A stretch of DNA of 64,000 bases from Gammaproteobacteria bacterium (GTDB lineage: Bacteria; Pseudomonadota; Gammaproteobacteria; UBA4575), in the NCBI GenBank assembly GCA_965243395.1, contig CBDEUS010000002.1, forward strand, positions 480,001 through 544,000, given 5' to 3'. This document shows, one piece after another, positions 30,815-39,696 of this stretch. The position numbers were made by a program, and so were the translations under genes. The notes beneath the pieces are model-generated. The model saw nothing but the letters and a program-made list of their open reading frames with translations, did no database searches and was not told the origin of the DNA. Position 1 is the stretch's first letter. Each line of letters begins with the position of its first letter.

Positions 30815-33607
30815 TTAATGTGAAATATCATTACGCTTATTTTGTGGTAGGGTAATATTTTCTACACAATAAACACAGCGCAATGCTTCTTGTTGCAACT
30901 GTCTAATAACTTTCTTTGAAATTTTTCTATAAATGAATGCACTTTCTGGCTGAAACAGTATTTCTGCATACTGTGCAGAGAGTTGGCGCCCCAGCTCTAT
31001 ATTTAAACTACGCGCATTACGAATGTAATTCCAATACATAACTGCTTGTTCGTCATTTATTTCTAATGCCATGCAAAATATTTTAAAAAACTTGAAATCT
31101 TTTGGTGCATGCGGCTTAGTATCCCCATCAATTTTTAAATCTAACCAATAGTTGATACGGTCTGATCTACAATTATTAGCAGTCGTGTCGATATCGATCA
31201 TTTTTTTATGGATTACCTTCGCTAAAGTCGAACGTTTTTGTTCTTTAAAAATAATTTCGCAGCGATACTTGATATCTTCATGGTATATCTTAAGTAGGAC
31301 ACGTTGAGGATAGACTTCTGAAGGTGAGCCATCGTTAGTAAGCTGCAAGACAGATTCAAGCTTAGTTCGAAGTTCATCATCCATTACAAATATAAAATCA
31401 CCTTCCTCAATTGAACGCGCATTGACTCGACGAAAAAATGGATCCTCATCAGCTTCATAGCGATATAGCATACCTGTGGCGTAATGATGAGAACCATCCT
31501 CCAATCCAAATTTGAAGTATGTTTGATTGACTTTGTCATTTGAATTATTAACAGCTTCTAAATTGAACTGCATATTCATTTTGTGCAACTTTTCAATGTT
31601 CAGAGGATTTGGTATTTCGTTAAGTTTTAACGTCAGCTGTTGTATGAGTAATCCCATCCTTCCTCGATAAGGTCTAAAAACTTCTATCCCATTCATGCTT
31701 TTGAGAGTTATTAATGTAGATTTAGCCTGCTTATAAGTAATTAATACTGATGTGCCATGAGGAATATCTGGGTGTGCGATTAAGCAACGTATTACATCAG
31801 AATTAACCCCAATAAATAAAAAATGGCAAGCTTCAAATTTTTCAGAAAGAACTTTGCGGACAGTAAGTAGCGTATGCCAATCTATATTTAATTTGACCGT
31901 TTCCCAATCATTAGCAAGCTTTCGTTTTAAAAAGTTTTGCGCCAACTCAATATAATCGATGTTTGGTAAAACTATAAGAAGCTTTTTACGATCTTCGATT
32001 ACATATTTTTTTACCTCACTGAAAAGCTTGGATGCCAAGGGAGTTGCGTCTGCCCACATATCAATGAGTTTTTCGGCTTTACTAATAGCCTCGTCTGCTT
32101 CTTTTCTTTTAGCATTAAGTTGTCCCGACTCGAGTACCTCTTGTAGTCCAATACGGACAGATGACCATGAATTTTTTTGATTTACAAATAGGTGGCCTTC
32201 CTTTGTTTTTGTTAATTTAGCTGTAAGATCACTGTAGCCTGCAGGCAGATTTGACAAACGCGCAATATAGCAACAAGCATTAATAACAGCTTCATAGCTT
32301 GAGCTCTCATAGTTGCCTGCTTCTTTGGCAAGTCGTTGAAATGATAAAGCAACCTGAGACGCATCACGGTCGACAATATCTACTTTGAAATTTGCAAGAC
32401 TCTTTTGCTCGGGCTTCCAGTCTGCTGAAAGAGCTTGGGGAGACAATATCGCATTAACCCTGTCAGATTCTGCAGCCCATATTTTCTCTTTATATTTTAA
32501 TTTTAATTTTACTAGTTTATCTCGAAGTACAAAAAATGTTTTTGGATCGTCTGTGACAATTAAAGCACCACAATTTTCATATCCATTTTCAATAGCAACA
32601 TTCAAAAAGTCAGGAATTTTCATAATAGATTTGTAGTTGCTTAGAGAAGTTGCATCAAGCAGAATAATTTCTGGCTGGTTATTCTCTTTTAATGCTTCTG
32701 ATCCAAGAGAGTCTTCCCAATTGCTTTTGTTTGTGTTTTGAGGTAACACCATCATGGCACCAGGCGCATAAATTGGATTACCCCACTCGTCATTTACTTT
32801 CTCTCGTAATATTCGCCGTCGTGCTAACTTATCAACCTTCTTAAGTGAACGTTCTAAAGGGAAGTTAGCCACTGTAGTCCAATCTTGTTGTTCTGGAACG
32901 TAAGTAAATGCTGGTATGAGCTCGGCTAGAGATGGATCGTCCATCTCAGGATTATTTTCCCTAATATCATTCAGCGCTGTGAGCATTGCCTTGAATGATT
33001 TGGATTGTGTATGACACTCGAATTTAAGCCCCTCTTCTTCATTATGTACCCAAAGCGATCGAAACAAGTCGCTTAGTTGTTCTCGGTTCACTAAAGTAGA
33101 TTGTAAAGAAATTCGGTATGTACGCTTTCCTGGATATAAGAGTGTTCTCATACCGCGCAAATCTTTTGCAAAGTTACGCTCAATGTTTGCTAGTGCATGC
33201 AGTAACGCAAGCCCGAAGAGACGTACGGGCCAGATAAGACACAAATTAATTTCGCCCTTTTCAGTAGTTTCTAATGTTAAATCAACTAATTCACTAGCCC
33301 ATGGCTGTAATTGGAGCTCTTCCTTGCTCTGAGTTCGCCTGAAAAATTTAAGACTGGAGTCACCAGAGTGTAATTTCCCCCATGGATGACATTTGTTTAT
33401 TACAGGCGCTATATTCTTTTGAACAATTTCTTTTTTATCTTTTGGGGTATTTTTTAAATTAATATCAGATTTAGATTTAGACGATCGAGTCTGTTTAGAT
33501 TTAGGCTTTGGTCGTGGTGTTTTGAATTTTCTAAGTAACTTCTCCTTCATCTCCTGTTTTTGTTTACGCGCATCTACTAAGTCTTTAAATTTTTTTAATG
33601 AAGACAT
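30815..33607 (-). CDS. large hypothetical protein (930 aa) in the DrmD/DrmE position
   Basis: long ORF between the methylase and DrmA-like genes; no SNF2 or Walker motifs recognised. Confidence 0.7.
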   Translation of the reverse strand: MSSLKKFKDLVDARKQKQEMKEKLLRKFKTPRPKPKSKQTRSSKSKSDINLKNTPKDKKEIVQKNIAPVINKCHPWGKLHSGDSSLKFFRRTQSKEELQLQPWASELVDLTLETTEKGEINLCLIWPVRLFGLALLHALANIERNFAKDLRGMRTLLYPGKRTYRISLQSTLVNREQLSDLFRSLWVHNEEEGLKFECHTQSKSFKAMLTALNDIRENNPEMDDPSLAELIPAFTYVPEQQDWTTVANFPLERSLKKVDKLARRRILREKVNDEWGNPIYAPGAMMVLPQNTNKSNWEDSLGSEALKENNQPEIILLDATSLSNYKSIMKIPDFLNVAIENGYENCGALIVTDDPKTFFVLRDKLVKLKLKYKEKIWAAESDRVNAILSPQALSADWKPEQKSLANFKVDIVDRDASQVALSFQRLAKEAGNYESSSYEAVINACCYIARLSNLPAGYSDLTAKLTKTKEGHLFVNQKNSWSSVRIGLQEVLESGQLNAKRKEADEAISKAEKLIDMWADATPLASKLFSEVKKYVIEDRKKLLIVLPNIDYIELAQNFLKRKLANDWETVKLNIDWHTLLTVRKVLSEKFEACHFLFIGVNSDVIRCLIAHPDIPHGTSVLITYKQAKSTLITLKSMNGIEVFRPYRGRMGLLIQQLTLKLNEIPNPLNIEKLHKMNMQFNLEAVNNSNDKVNQTYFKFGLEDGSHHYATGMLYRYEADEDPFFRRVNARSIEEGDFIFVMDDELRTKLESVLQLTNDGSPSEVYPQRVLLKIYHEDIKYRCEIIFKEQKRSTLAKVIHKKMIDIDTTANNCRSDRINYWLDLKIDGDTKPHAPKDFKFFKIFCMALEINDEQAVMYWNYIRNARSLNIELGRQLSAQYAEILFQPESAFIYRKISKKVIRQLQQEALRCVYCVENITLPQNKRNDISH

Positions 33608-33710
33608 GATTTGGTTGTAAACGATTTAACGACTTAACAAAGTTGTTTTCCTAAATATTTTAAGTATTCGAGGTAAATACAAAAATGTGACACAACATGG
33701 TGCATAATTA

Positions 33711-35009
33711 CTATATAGGTATATCTTTAACTGCTGTAACTGTTAAGTGTCTGCAACGTATTCTTTCATTTAACCAACATGTTACTTTTTTGCTTCTAAG
33801 AATAGTTACTAATTTAGTACATTCAGCTACTGTGCCGTTATTAGGGATACAAACGATAAGATGGTTTTCGACAGCAACTGGCTTTTTTCCGCTAATTATC
33901 ATTGCAACAGCTCTGTGCTCATCGCCATGTCTGGATGTTCGTTTAATGACAACGAAGGGAGGCTTAAAAACTGTACCATTGAATCTAATATTTTCTAGTA
34001 CTTTAGTAGTTTTTCCCCAAGGTTCCAGGTTTTTAGCGTGAATGTATGGATACCATCTACCTAATCCTTTATTTCGAAATGGCACAACCGGTCCTATATG
34101 AACCAAATAATTTTTACCAACTGTTTTTTTATTTTTTATTTTTTTGTTATTTTTCCATTTTCTAGAATTAGATATAAGTGCACTGGTAATTGTTGCATCT
34201 AAAACGAAAACATCGACATCTGCACATCTATCGAATCTTCCATACAATTCAATGTCGTTAACGAAAGCATTTAAATTAAATTCTTTGCGCCATAACTCAT
34301 ATCGAGAACCTGATCGTAGTACATCTGGAAGGATAGCGATCAGTCTAGTACCTGATTTTGCATTTTTTATACATTGATCGACAAACACTGCAGCGGAATT
34401 TACACCACCTCCTATCCATGGGTACTTTTCCTTAGTTTGAATCATATTAAATGGGGGATTCATCAGAATATGTGTAACTTTTTTATAATCTCTATATTTT
34501 AAGCCGTCACCTGTTTTAATATTTGGTAAAAGTTCTTTTAATCGAAGTCTTTTTTGGTTTTTTGCTTTTGCTCCTCTTTGAATTGCAATTAAAGCGATCC
34601 TACTACGAGCTGCATTTACAAAAATCGGATTTAAATCTCTTCCAACAAGCTTTTTACCCCAACTGATTAAAGTTTTTTCTAATGTTTGTTCAATTGGTAA
34701 AACTTTTGCAATAGAAATCAGCAAGTCACCAGCGCCACATGCCGGGTCATAAAATATGCTATTAGGTTGAATTCTATTTAATTTGTTTTGTATCGCTATC
34801 TCACTTAAAGAAGAACCTGTAAAAAAAACACCGTCTTTTCTCCTTACTTCTAAAGACACAGTATTTCTTAGTTCCTTTGAACATTCTCCATCTAGTGCAG
34901 CGGCTATACTTGTTTGCGCCTCATTAGATATGGCACCACTCTGATTTCGTATCACTAAAGAAGTTAAATAATCTGTATATGGTTTAAATTGTTGGTATTT
35001 AGTTAGCAT
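33711..35009 (-). CDS. N6-adenine DNA methyltransferase
   Basis: GVFFT, motif I YDPACGAGDLL, motif IV MNPPF. Confidence 0.88.
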   Translation of the reverse strand: MLTKYQQFKPYTDYLTSLVIRNQSGAISNEAQTSIAAALDGECSKELRNTVSLEVRRKDGVFFTGSSLSEIAIQNKLNRIQPNSIFYDPACGAGDLLISIAKVLPIEQTLEKTLISWGKKLVGRDLNPIFVNAARSRIALIAIQRGAKAKNQKRLRLKELLPNIKTGDGLKYRDYKKVTHILMNPPFNMIQTKEKYPWIGGGVNSAAVFVDQCIKNAKSGTRLIAILPDVLRSGSRYELWRKEFNLNAFVNDIELYGRFDRCADVDVFVLDATITSALISNSRKWKNNKKIKNKKTVGKNYLVHIGPVVPFRNKGLGRWYPYIHAKNLEPWGKTTKVLENIRFNGTVFKPPFVVIKRTSRHGDEHRAVAMIISGKKPVAVENHLIVCIPNNGTVAECTKLVTILRSKKVTCWLNERIRCRHLTVTAVKDIPI

Positions 35010-35049
35010 GTTTTGAGGATTAAAATTGTTGAGAATCTATAGATATGCA

Positions 35050-35322
35050 CTAGGCTAACTCCCAAGGTAAATCACGTCTACCGTGGACAGGCTTAAGCAC
35101 ACCAGAATTACGTAGTTTTTGTGCTGCCCACCTTACATCATATTGCCAAGTATAGAGAAGATCCCCTGATGCTCTTAGTTCTAACTCATGATTTTCCCAA
35201 ATATATTTTGAAACATCTTTTGGCCATCCTTTTCCTCCCAGGGATTTAAGGCAATCAACTATCCAAACCATCATATCGTCACGATTAACCAAAAAATCTC
35301 CCAGAAAGTTTTCTATTGCCAA
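35050..35322 (-). CDS. small winged-helix protein (Mrr N-terminal-like)
   Basis: L..LGG.G....V.KYIW......YTWQYDVRWAAQKLR..G.L......WEL pattern. Confidence 0.6.
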   Translation of the reverse strand: MAIENFLGDFLVNRDDMMVWIVDCLKSLGGKGWPKDVSKYIWENHELELRASGDLLYTWQYDVRWAAQKLRNSGVLKPVHGRRDLPWELA

Positions 35323-35728
35323 ACTATGAATTTAAGTTTTTTCATTAACAACTAATATAAGAATAGAAAGCATTATAAATATATATGATATGTATTAATT
35401 ACTTTCTAAATTTTCCTTAAACAGGATATTTCATTTTGTATGCGGTCCAAGGATCACCCCTCCGCAGTGCACCCAGCGTCAATCGATTGTCGTGCATGAG
35501 TTATTCAATAATTGAAGGTTCATTCTTTTATTTCCACCGCATCCTCCACCATTAAAGTCGGTGGAGTAGATCGCGCCTAAGCATTATGTAGTCGCAAGGG
35601 ATAGGATAGACCCCATGAGTATACTTAGACGCGACAACTTTTAACGATGCACCCTGTAAGGGGGTGGAGTTGGAAAGCATTCCCCCAATGGTGTGCACAC
35701 TACTCACTCCCGATTCTTGTTTTGATCC

Positions 35729-35857
35729 TTAGTGACAATGTCGAATCATGGTTTTGCGATCGTAATGACATCCATCTGCGGCCGTGCGCCCGGAATGCGC
35801 CCAGACACTGCTGAGCATCAACAGGGTGAGTACAATTGTTAGAGTGAGTATTTTCAT
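35729..35857 (-). CDS. YHYH-like small exported protein (42 aa), not in the ORF track
   Basis: hand translation MKILTLTIVLTLLMLSSVWA-HSGRTAADGCHYDRKTMIRHCH; AAGGA RBS. Confidence 0.75.
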   Translation of the reverse strand: MKILTLTIVLTLLMLSSVWAHSGRTAADGCHYDRKTMIRHCH

Positions 35858-35882
35858 AACACATCCTTTGCTTCGTTAATAA

Positions 35883-36080
35883 TTACTTCGATGATTTTGT
35901 GCGGACCTGAATAATTTCTTCCACGGCTTTCATATACGCAGCGCGCTCCGTGGCTTGGGCATGAAACCATTTATTGACATAAATCAAATCACTTTCTTGA
36001 ACACCTTCTTGTTTTCGTTTTTTCAAATTCTCATTCACTAATCCTACAAAGGCGTTGTAGTTATGCGTAAAGGTAAACAT
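35883..36080 (-). CDS. hypothetical protein
   Basis: 65 aa, GAGG RBS, tightly packed in a minus-strand operon. Confidence 0.6.
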   Translation of the reverse strand: MFTFTHNYNAFVGLVNENLKKRKQEGVQESDLIYVNKWFHAQATERAAYMKAVEEIIQVRTKSSK

Positions 36081-36091
36081 GACCTCATGAG

Positions 36092-36517
36092 TTACAAATC
36101 ACGATTACCATCTTTATCTTCATCATTGTTCATATGAGACAATTCACTCAAGACGCGATCGGCTAACACCGTACACAACTGCTTGCCGCGCTCATTGAGA
36201 TAGAGATGTTTGGTTTTACTATCAAATTCATCATCCACTTCTTCGATTAAATCAAATCCGGGTAAACGCAGCCGGGTCTCTCGGTCTCGATCGAACGAGT
36301 ATTTACTTAAGTCCCCCACATAACGCTTGGTGGTGGTCAATGATTGAGGGGCCATGGCGTCGTTGATTTCTTTGCGTGTAATGCCTTCATGCAAGCTGAT
36401 TAAAAATAATATGTCCAAGTGATGCGCATTGAAGGTTTTGTTGACAAACTGTTGGGCGGCATGAATACATCCACGTAACTTTGCAATCGCAATCAACTGT
36501 TCCTTCGTTAACATCAA
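36092..36517 (-). CDS. MarR-like winged-helix protein
   Basis: LFLISLHEGITRKEI...DLIEEVDD..DSKTKHLYLNERG pattern. Confidence 0.65.
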   Translation of the reverse strand: MMLTKEQLIAIAKLRGCIHAAQQFVNKTFNAHHLDILFLISLHEGITRKEINDAMAPQSLTTTKRYVGDLSKYSFDRDRETRLRLPGFDLIEEVDDEFDSKTKHLYLNERGKQLCTVLADRVLSELSHMNNDEDKDGNRDL

Positions 36518-36627
36518 TAATTTATTTCATCAATAATGTGTATTGGTGCACAGTGAACTCGGTCCCAGTGGACTTAGTCCGTATTCGGACTTTAAAAACT
36601 TACGAAGTGTTTGTAGATTTTTAATGA

Positions 36628-36710
36628 AGTATGTGTCTAGACCTTAGGCTAGAGTCAATTCTTTATTTAAATTAATTACCCGTACTAAACTCTAGACTCA
36701 ACTACAGAGT
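36628..36710 (-). promoter_or_regulatory. MerR-type promoter/operator pair
   Basis: minus strand TTGACT-19 bp-CATACT with a TCTAG/CTAGA dyad (36628-36658); 22-bp dyad ACTCTAGACTCAACTACAGAGT at 36689-36710. Confidence 0.55.
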
Positions 36711-36931
36711 TTTATCGAACTTAACCAATTAAAAGATAAACGATTACGTTTAAACGTTTTTCAACGTAAAGTGGTAGTAGTATTCGTTATAAATAATGCG
36801 ATATTTCTTACCGAATAAAATTATTGGTGAAGTCAATTTATTTGCAGCTCATGCTCTTTGCTGCATTCAAATAGTTAGGGGACTCAATAATTAGCTAAAC
36901 GAATTTCAAAAAAAATTAAAAGGTATTAATT

Positions 36932-37225
36932 ATGGGATTATTTTTTAAAGACGAAAGCCACAAGATTATGTGGAACATGGGACAAAACTTAAAGGCACTA
37001 CAGCGACACGAAAACGGTGGATCTGATTTATTAAGAAGAAGCACAGTAGTTTTGATATCTGAGCAAAGAGAACAGCTGAAAAATTTAGGTATCAATAATG
37101 AAGACATCCAATCTTACTTTCGTAGGAGAGGCAAAAAAGAAGATATTTATTTTGATGCTTACTTAGAAGAATGGGATGAACACCACGAGATGTTGTTACA
37201 GGCAAGGGAGCAAGCTAAGTCATGA
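36932..37225 (+). CDS. hypothetical protein
   Basis: 97 aa, first gene of a tightly coupled + strand run. Confidence 0.6.
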   Translation: MGLFFKDESHKIMWNMGQNLKALQRHENGGSDLLRRSTVVLISEQREQLKNLGINNEDIQSYFRRRGKKEDIYFDAYLEEWDEHHEMLLQAREQAKS

Positions 37226-37824
37226 AATTTATATTATGGCTAATGACATTACTGAGTATTCCATTAATGCTGCTAAATGCATTTGGAGGAATTATTTCCG
37301 GCATTTGGTTAGCAATACTCGGTGAGTGGGGAACTATCGGATATGGTTTTGTTTTTATGATAGGCGGAATATTGTTGTTAGGAATTCCGCTTTTACTCGC
37401 AATGATCTTCATGCCGCCAGCTATTTATTTTACAAACAAAGGCTATAACTTTATAGCTCACATATTTACGTATTTAGGCGCTTTATACACTGCAGCAGTA
37501 ATAACAGCTTGGTCAATGTTCATTTTAATCTTCTTCGTAGATGGTACTGGGTATAAGGATTTCATACCGACTTTAATTTGGACATACAGTGTTGCAACAG
37601 CTCCCCTCGCTTACATGGCAAGTAAAGAGCAAGACAACGAATACACAACATTCACAACATTTTTTAGTCAGCTCGCATATTTATGCGTAGTTTTGCTGGT
37701 AGCACTTGTAAGTGAAGTCACGACTATTGATGCCATTATTGTGTTTGGCTTCATAATGTTTATAGGATCGATTGTGCAGATGGTGCTTGTAACAGCAAAT
37801 ACAAAAGAGCGGCAATTGTATTAA
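37222..37824 (+). CDS. hypothetical multi-TM membrane protein
   Basis: 200 aa, about 6-7 hydrophobic segments, ATGA overlap with the previous gene. Confidence 0.7.
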   Translation: MKFILWLMTLLSIPLMLLNAFGGIISGIWLAILGEWGTIGYGFVFMIGGILLLGIPLLLAMIFMPPAIYFTNKGYNFIAHIFTYLGALYTAAVITAWSMFILIFFVDGTGYKDFIPTLIWTYSVATAPLAYMASKEQDNEYTTFTTFFSQLAYLCVVLLVALVSEVTTIDAIIVFGFIMFIGSIVQMVLVTANTKERQLY

Positions 37825-37836
37825 AAGGAGTTAATC

Positions 37837-38292
37837 ATGAGATGGATTATCGTTCTATTTTTATTAAGTACAGCAGTAAATGCGGATGTCGTTAGATGTG
37901 AATTTGGGACTCATGAATTCACCATTATTATGCCAAGCGAAAATGATATGAAAAAATATATAGTTGCAAGAGATTACGAAAATAATGATGACGAGTTGGA
38001 ATTGTTAGCGATGAGTTACACAGGGAAAGTAATAGATAAAAGCTTCGAACATGAAGCTATCGCAGTAAGTGCATTCAGAGGCTGGCGTGAAGTTGTTTGG
38101 TTCGAGCATGATAGATATTCGAACAAGATAGTTTGGGATCCGACAGGCTTAAGGAAAGATGTATTGACATACGATTACGAAAATACAACTCCAGAAGAGC
38201 GACAAAAGATACTCGAAGAGAATACTAAGAAGAATAAAGGCTACGCTGAATATTCATATGGCAGAACAGTAATTGAAGGGAAATGTAAATAA
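37837..38292 (+). CDS. hypothetical exported protein
   Basis: AGGAG RBS, signal peptide ending AVNA. Confidence 0.7.
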   Translation: MRWIIVLFLLSTAVNADVVRCEFGTHEFTIIMPSENDMKKYIVARDYENNDDELELLAMSYTGKVIDKSFEHEAIAVSAFRGWREVVWFEHDRYSNKIVWDPTGLRKDVLTYDYENTTPEERQKILEENTKKNKGYAEYSYGRTVIEGKCK

Positions 38293-38462
38293 TGAAACAT
38301 AGTGATTTAACTGTAATTGTAGTAGTGCTAGTTCTAGGATTTGGATCAATTAATTACTGGTTATGGAAGATTGAAGCACATACAGACAACGCAGCATATA
38401 GTGTAAATTCAATCGATTATGTAATTGAGCAATGGCACAAATATAATCGGTACGGTGAATAA
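38292..38462 (+). CDS. small TM protein (56 aa), not in the ORF track
   Basis: MKHSDLTVIVVVLVLGFGSINYWLWK...; TAATG coupling to the previous stop. Confidence 0.55.
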   Translation: MKHSDLTVIVVVLVLGFGSINYWLWKIEAHTDNAAYSVNSIDYVIEQWHKYNRYGE

Positions 38463-38465
38463 ATA

Positions 38466-38633
38466 ATGAAATGGATTTTCATGATGCCGTTTTTATTAAC
38501 GGCTTTAATTGGTCCGCATATAGCAAAAGAAACATATTTTGAATGGATTCTTGGTAACGGATGGTGGCTGGCTATTTTATTTTTAATAGGAATAAGTCGA
38601 TGGACTCATCCTGAAATGTGGAAGAAGGAATGA
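38466..38633 (+). CDS. small two-TM protein (55 aa), not in the ORF track
   Basis: MKWIFMMPFLLTALIG...WWLAILFLIGISRW...; fills the operon gap exactly. Confidence 0.55.
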   Translation: MKWIFMMPFLLTALIGPHIAKETYFEWILGNGWWLAILFLIGISRWTHPEMWKKE

Positions 38634-38634
38634 T

Positions 38635-38847
38635 ATGGAATACGAAAGCGCTAATGGTTGGGTTCAAATATGGCAGCTATTTGCAGAAAACTGGGCTGTG
38701 ATTTTAGGAGCTGTAGGAATCATAATCGTAATTGGTTGGACAATCATCGCTGTCAGTGAATGGATTTACATGCTTTGGTGTGTCACGCGTTATCACTATG
38801 TTCAGTTGCCTAACGACTTCAAAATGGAAAAGGATAAAAAATCTTGA
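38635..38847 (+). CDS. small TM protein
   Basis: 70 aa, hydrophobic core, coupled to its neighbours. Confidence 0.55.
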   Translation: MEYESANGWVQIWQLFAENWAVILGAVGIIIVIGWTIIAVSEWIYMLWCVTRYHYVQLPNDFKMEKDKKS

Positions 38848-39185
38848 AGATCATAGTCGTGCTAATTCTTTCAGTATTTAGTAGTACATTATTCGCTTCA
38901 GAAGCTGATGTGGTGAAACGTGAGTGCAACGGCAAACTAGAAGTTACTCTTAAAGATAAAACGAGAGTGGATTGTTTGACTGATGATGTGGCATATGAAT
39001 ACGACAAAGCAAAAAACTGGGCTGAATGTGTTACCCAAGCGATGCACTATGGCATGTGGACGAACCGTAAAGGCGCATGTGTCCTAATTTATGAAAAGCC
39101 AGAAGACCGAAGATATTTTGATCGAGCGCAAAACTTAATCTGGCATTACAAAATACCGATTAAATTAGAACACGTTAAGGAGTGA
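38844..39185 (+). CDS. hypothetical exported protein (possible PD-(D/E)XK-like fold)
   Basis: signal peptide; E..L.D.TRVDCLT..VAYEYD.A..WAE...QAMHY pattern. Confidence 0.6.
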   Translation: MKIIVVLILSVFSSTLFASEADVVKRECNGKLEVTLKDKTRVDCLTDDVAYEYDKAKNWAECVTQAMHYGMWTNRKGACVLIYEKPEDRRYFDRAQNLIWHYKIPIKLEHVKE

Positions 39186-39304
39186 AGAATGAAAATATAT
39201 TTAAGATTTTTTTCATATAAGCGTTAATTCCATTGATACTATGCGGGAATCGATGGGATCTGGAATGTTTATCGAAGATAAAAACAGTAACTAAGGAGTT
39301 CTAT

Positions 39305-39565
39305 ATGAAATGGATTTCACTGCTAGTGTTGTTTTTCACAACCTCTGTCATCGCGGAGAGCATACTGATCGAATGGGAATTAGAAATTCTCATGCAAGAT
39401 GGCACTTATGCATATGGCATGGTCTATCTTAATCAGGATGGCGATTTGATTGGCACGCTACGAACCGGCGAAGAAGGGGATGGCGATTATGTTCAGGTGT
39501 ATGGCAATCCAAGCGACGAAACGTTGTCGTTATATGGTGGAAATATTGCCGAGACGGCCTATTGA
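39305..39565 (+). CDS. hypothetical exported protein
   Basis: AAGGAG RBS before MKWISLL signal peptide. Confidence 0.55.
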   Translation: MKWISLLVLFFTTSVIAESILIEWELEILMQDGTYAYGMVYLNQDGDLIGTLRTGEEGDGDYVQVYGNPSDETLSLYGGNIAETAY

Positions 39566-39641
39566 AAATAGGTCCGAATTCGAACCTATATAAAAAGTAT
39601 AGAATTAATTCAAAAATTAAATAGTTGGTTTTTGTAATAAC

Positions 39642-39672
39642 TTGACTCTAGTGTGGGTCCAGAGTTTAGAGT
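39642..39672 (+). promoter_or_regulatory. MerR-type promoter (19-bp spacer with dyad)
   Basis: TTGACT-19 bp-TAGAGT with an ACTCT...AGAGT dyad, just upstream of the MerR gene. Confidence 0.7.
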
Positions 39673-39696
39673 CTATGCACCTAAAGAGGGCACATT

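Noticed and set aside
35701-35851. Long-range inverted repeat TACTCACTC/GAGTGAGTA as an RNA stem
   Set aside because: One arm lies inside the YHYH coding sequence; a 9-bp match is plausibly chance.
20560-39565. Intact prophage or ICE
   Set aside because: No capsid, portal, large terminase, tail, lysis, relaxase or T4SS genes were recognised.
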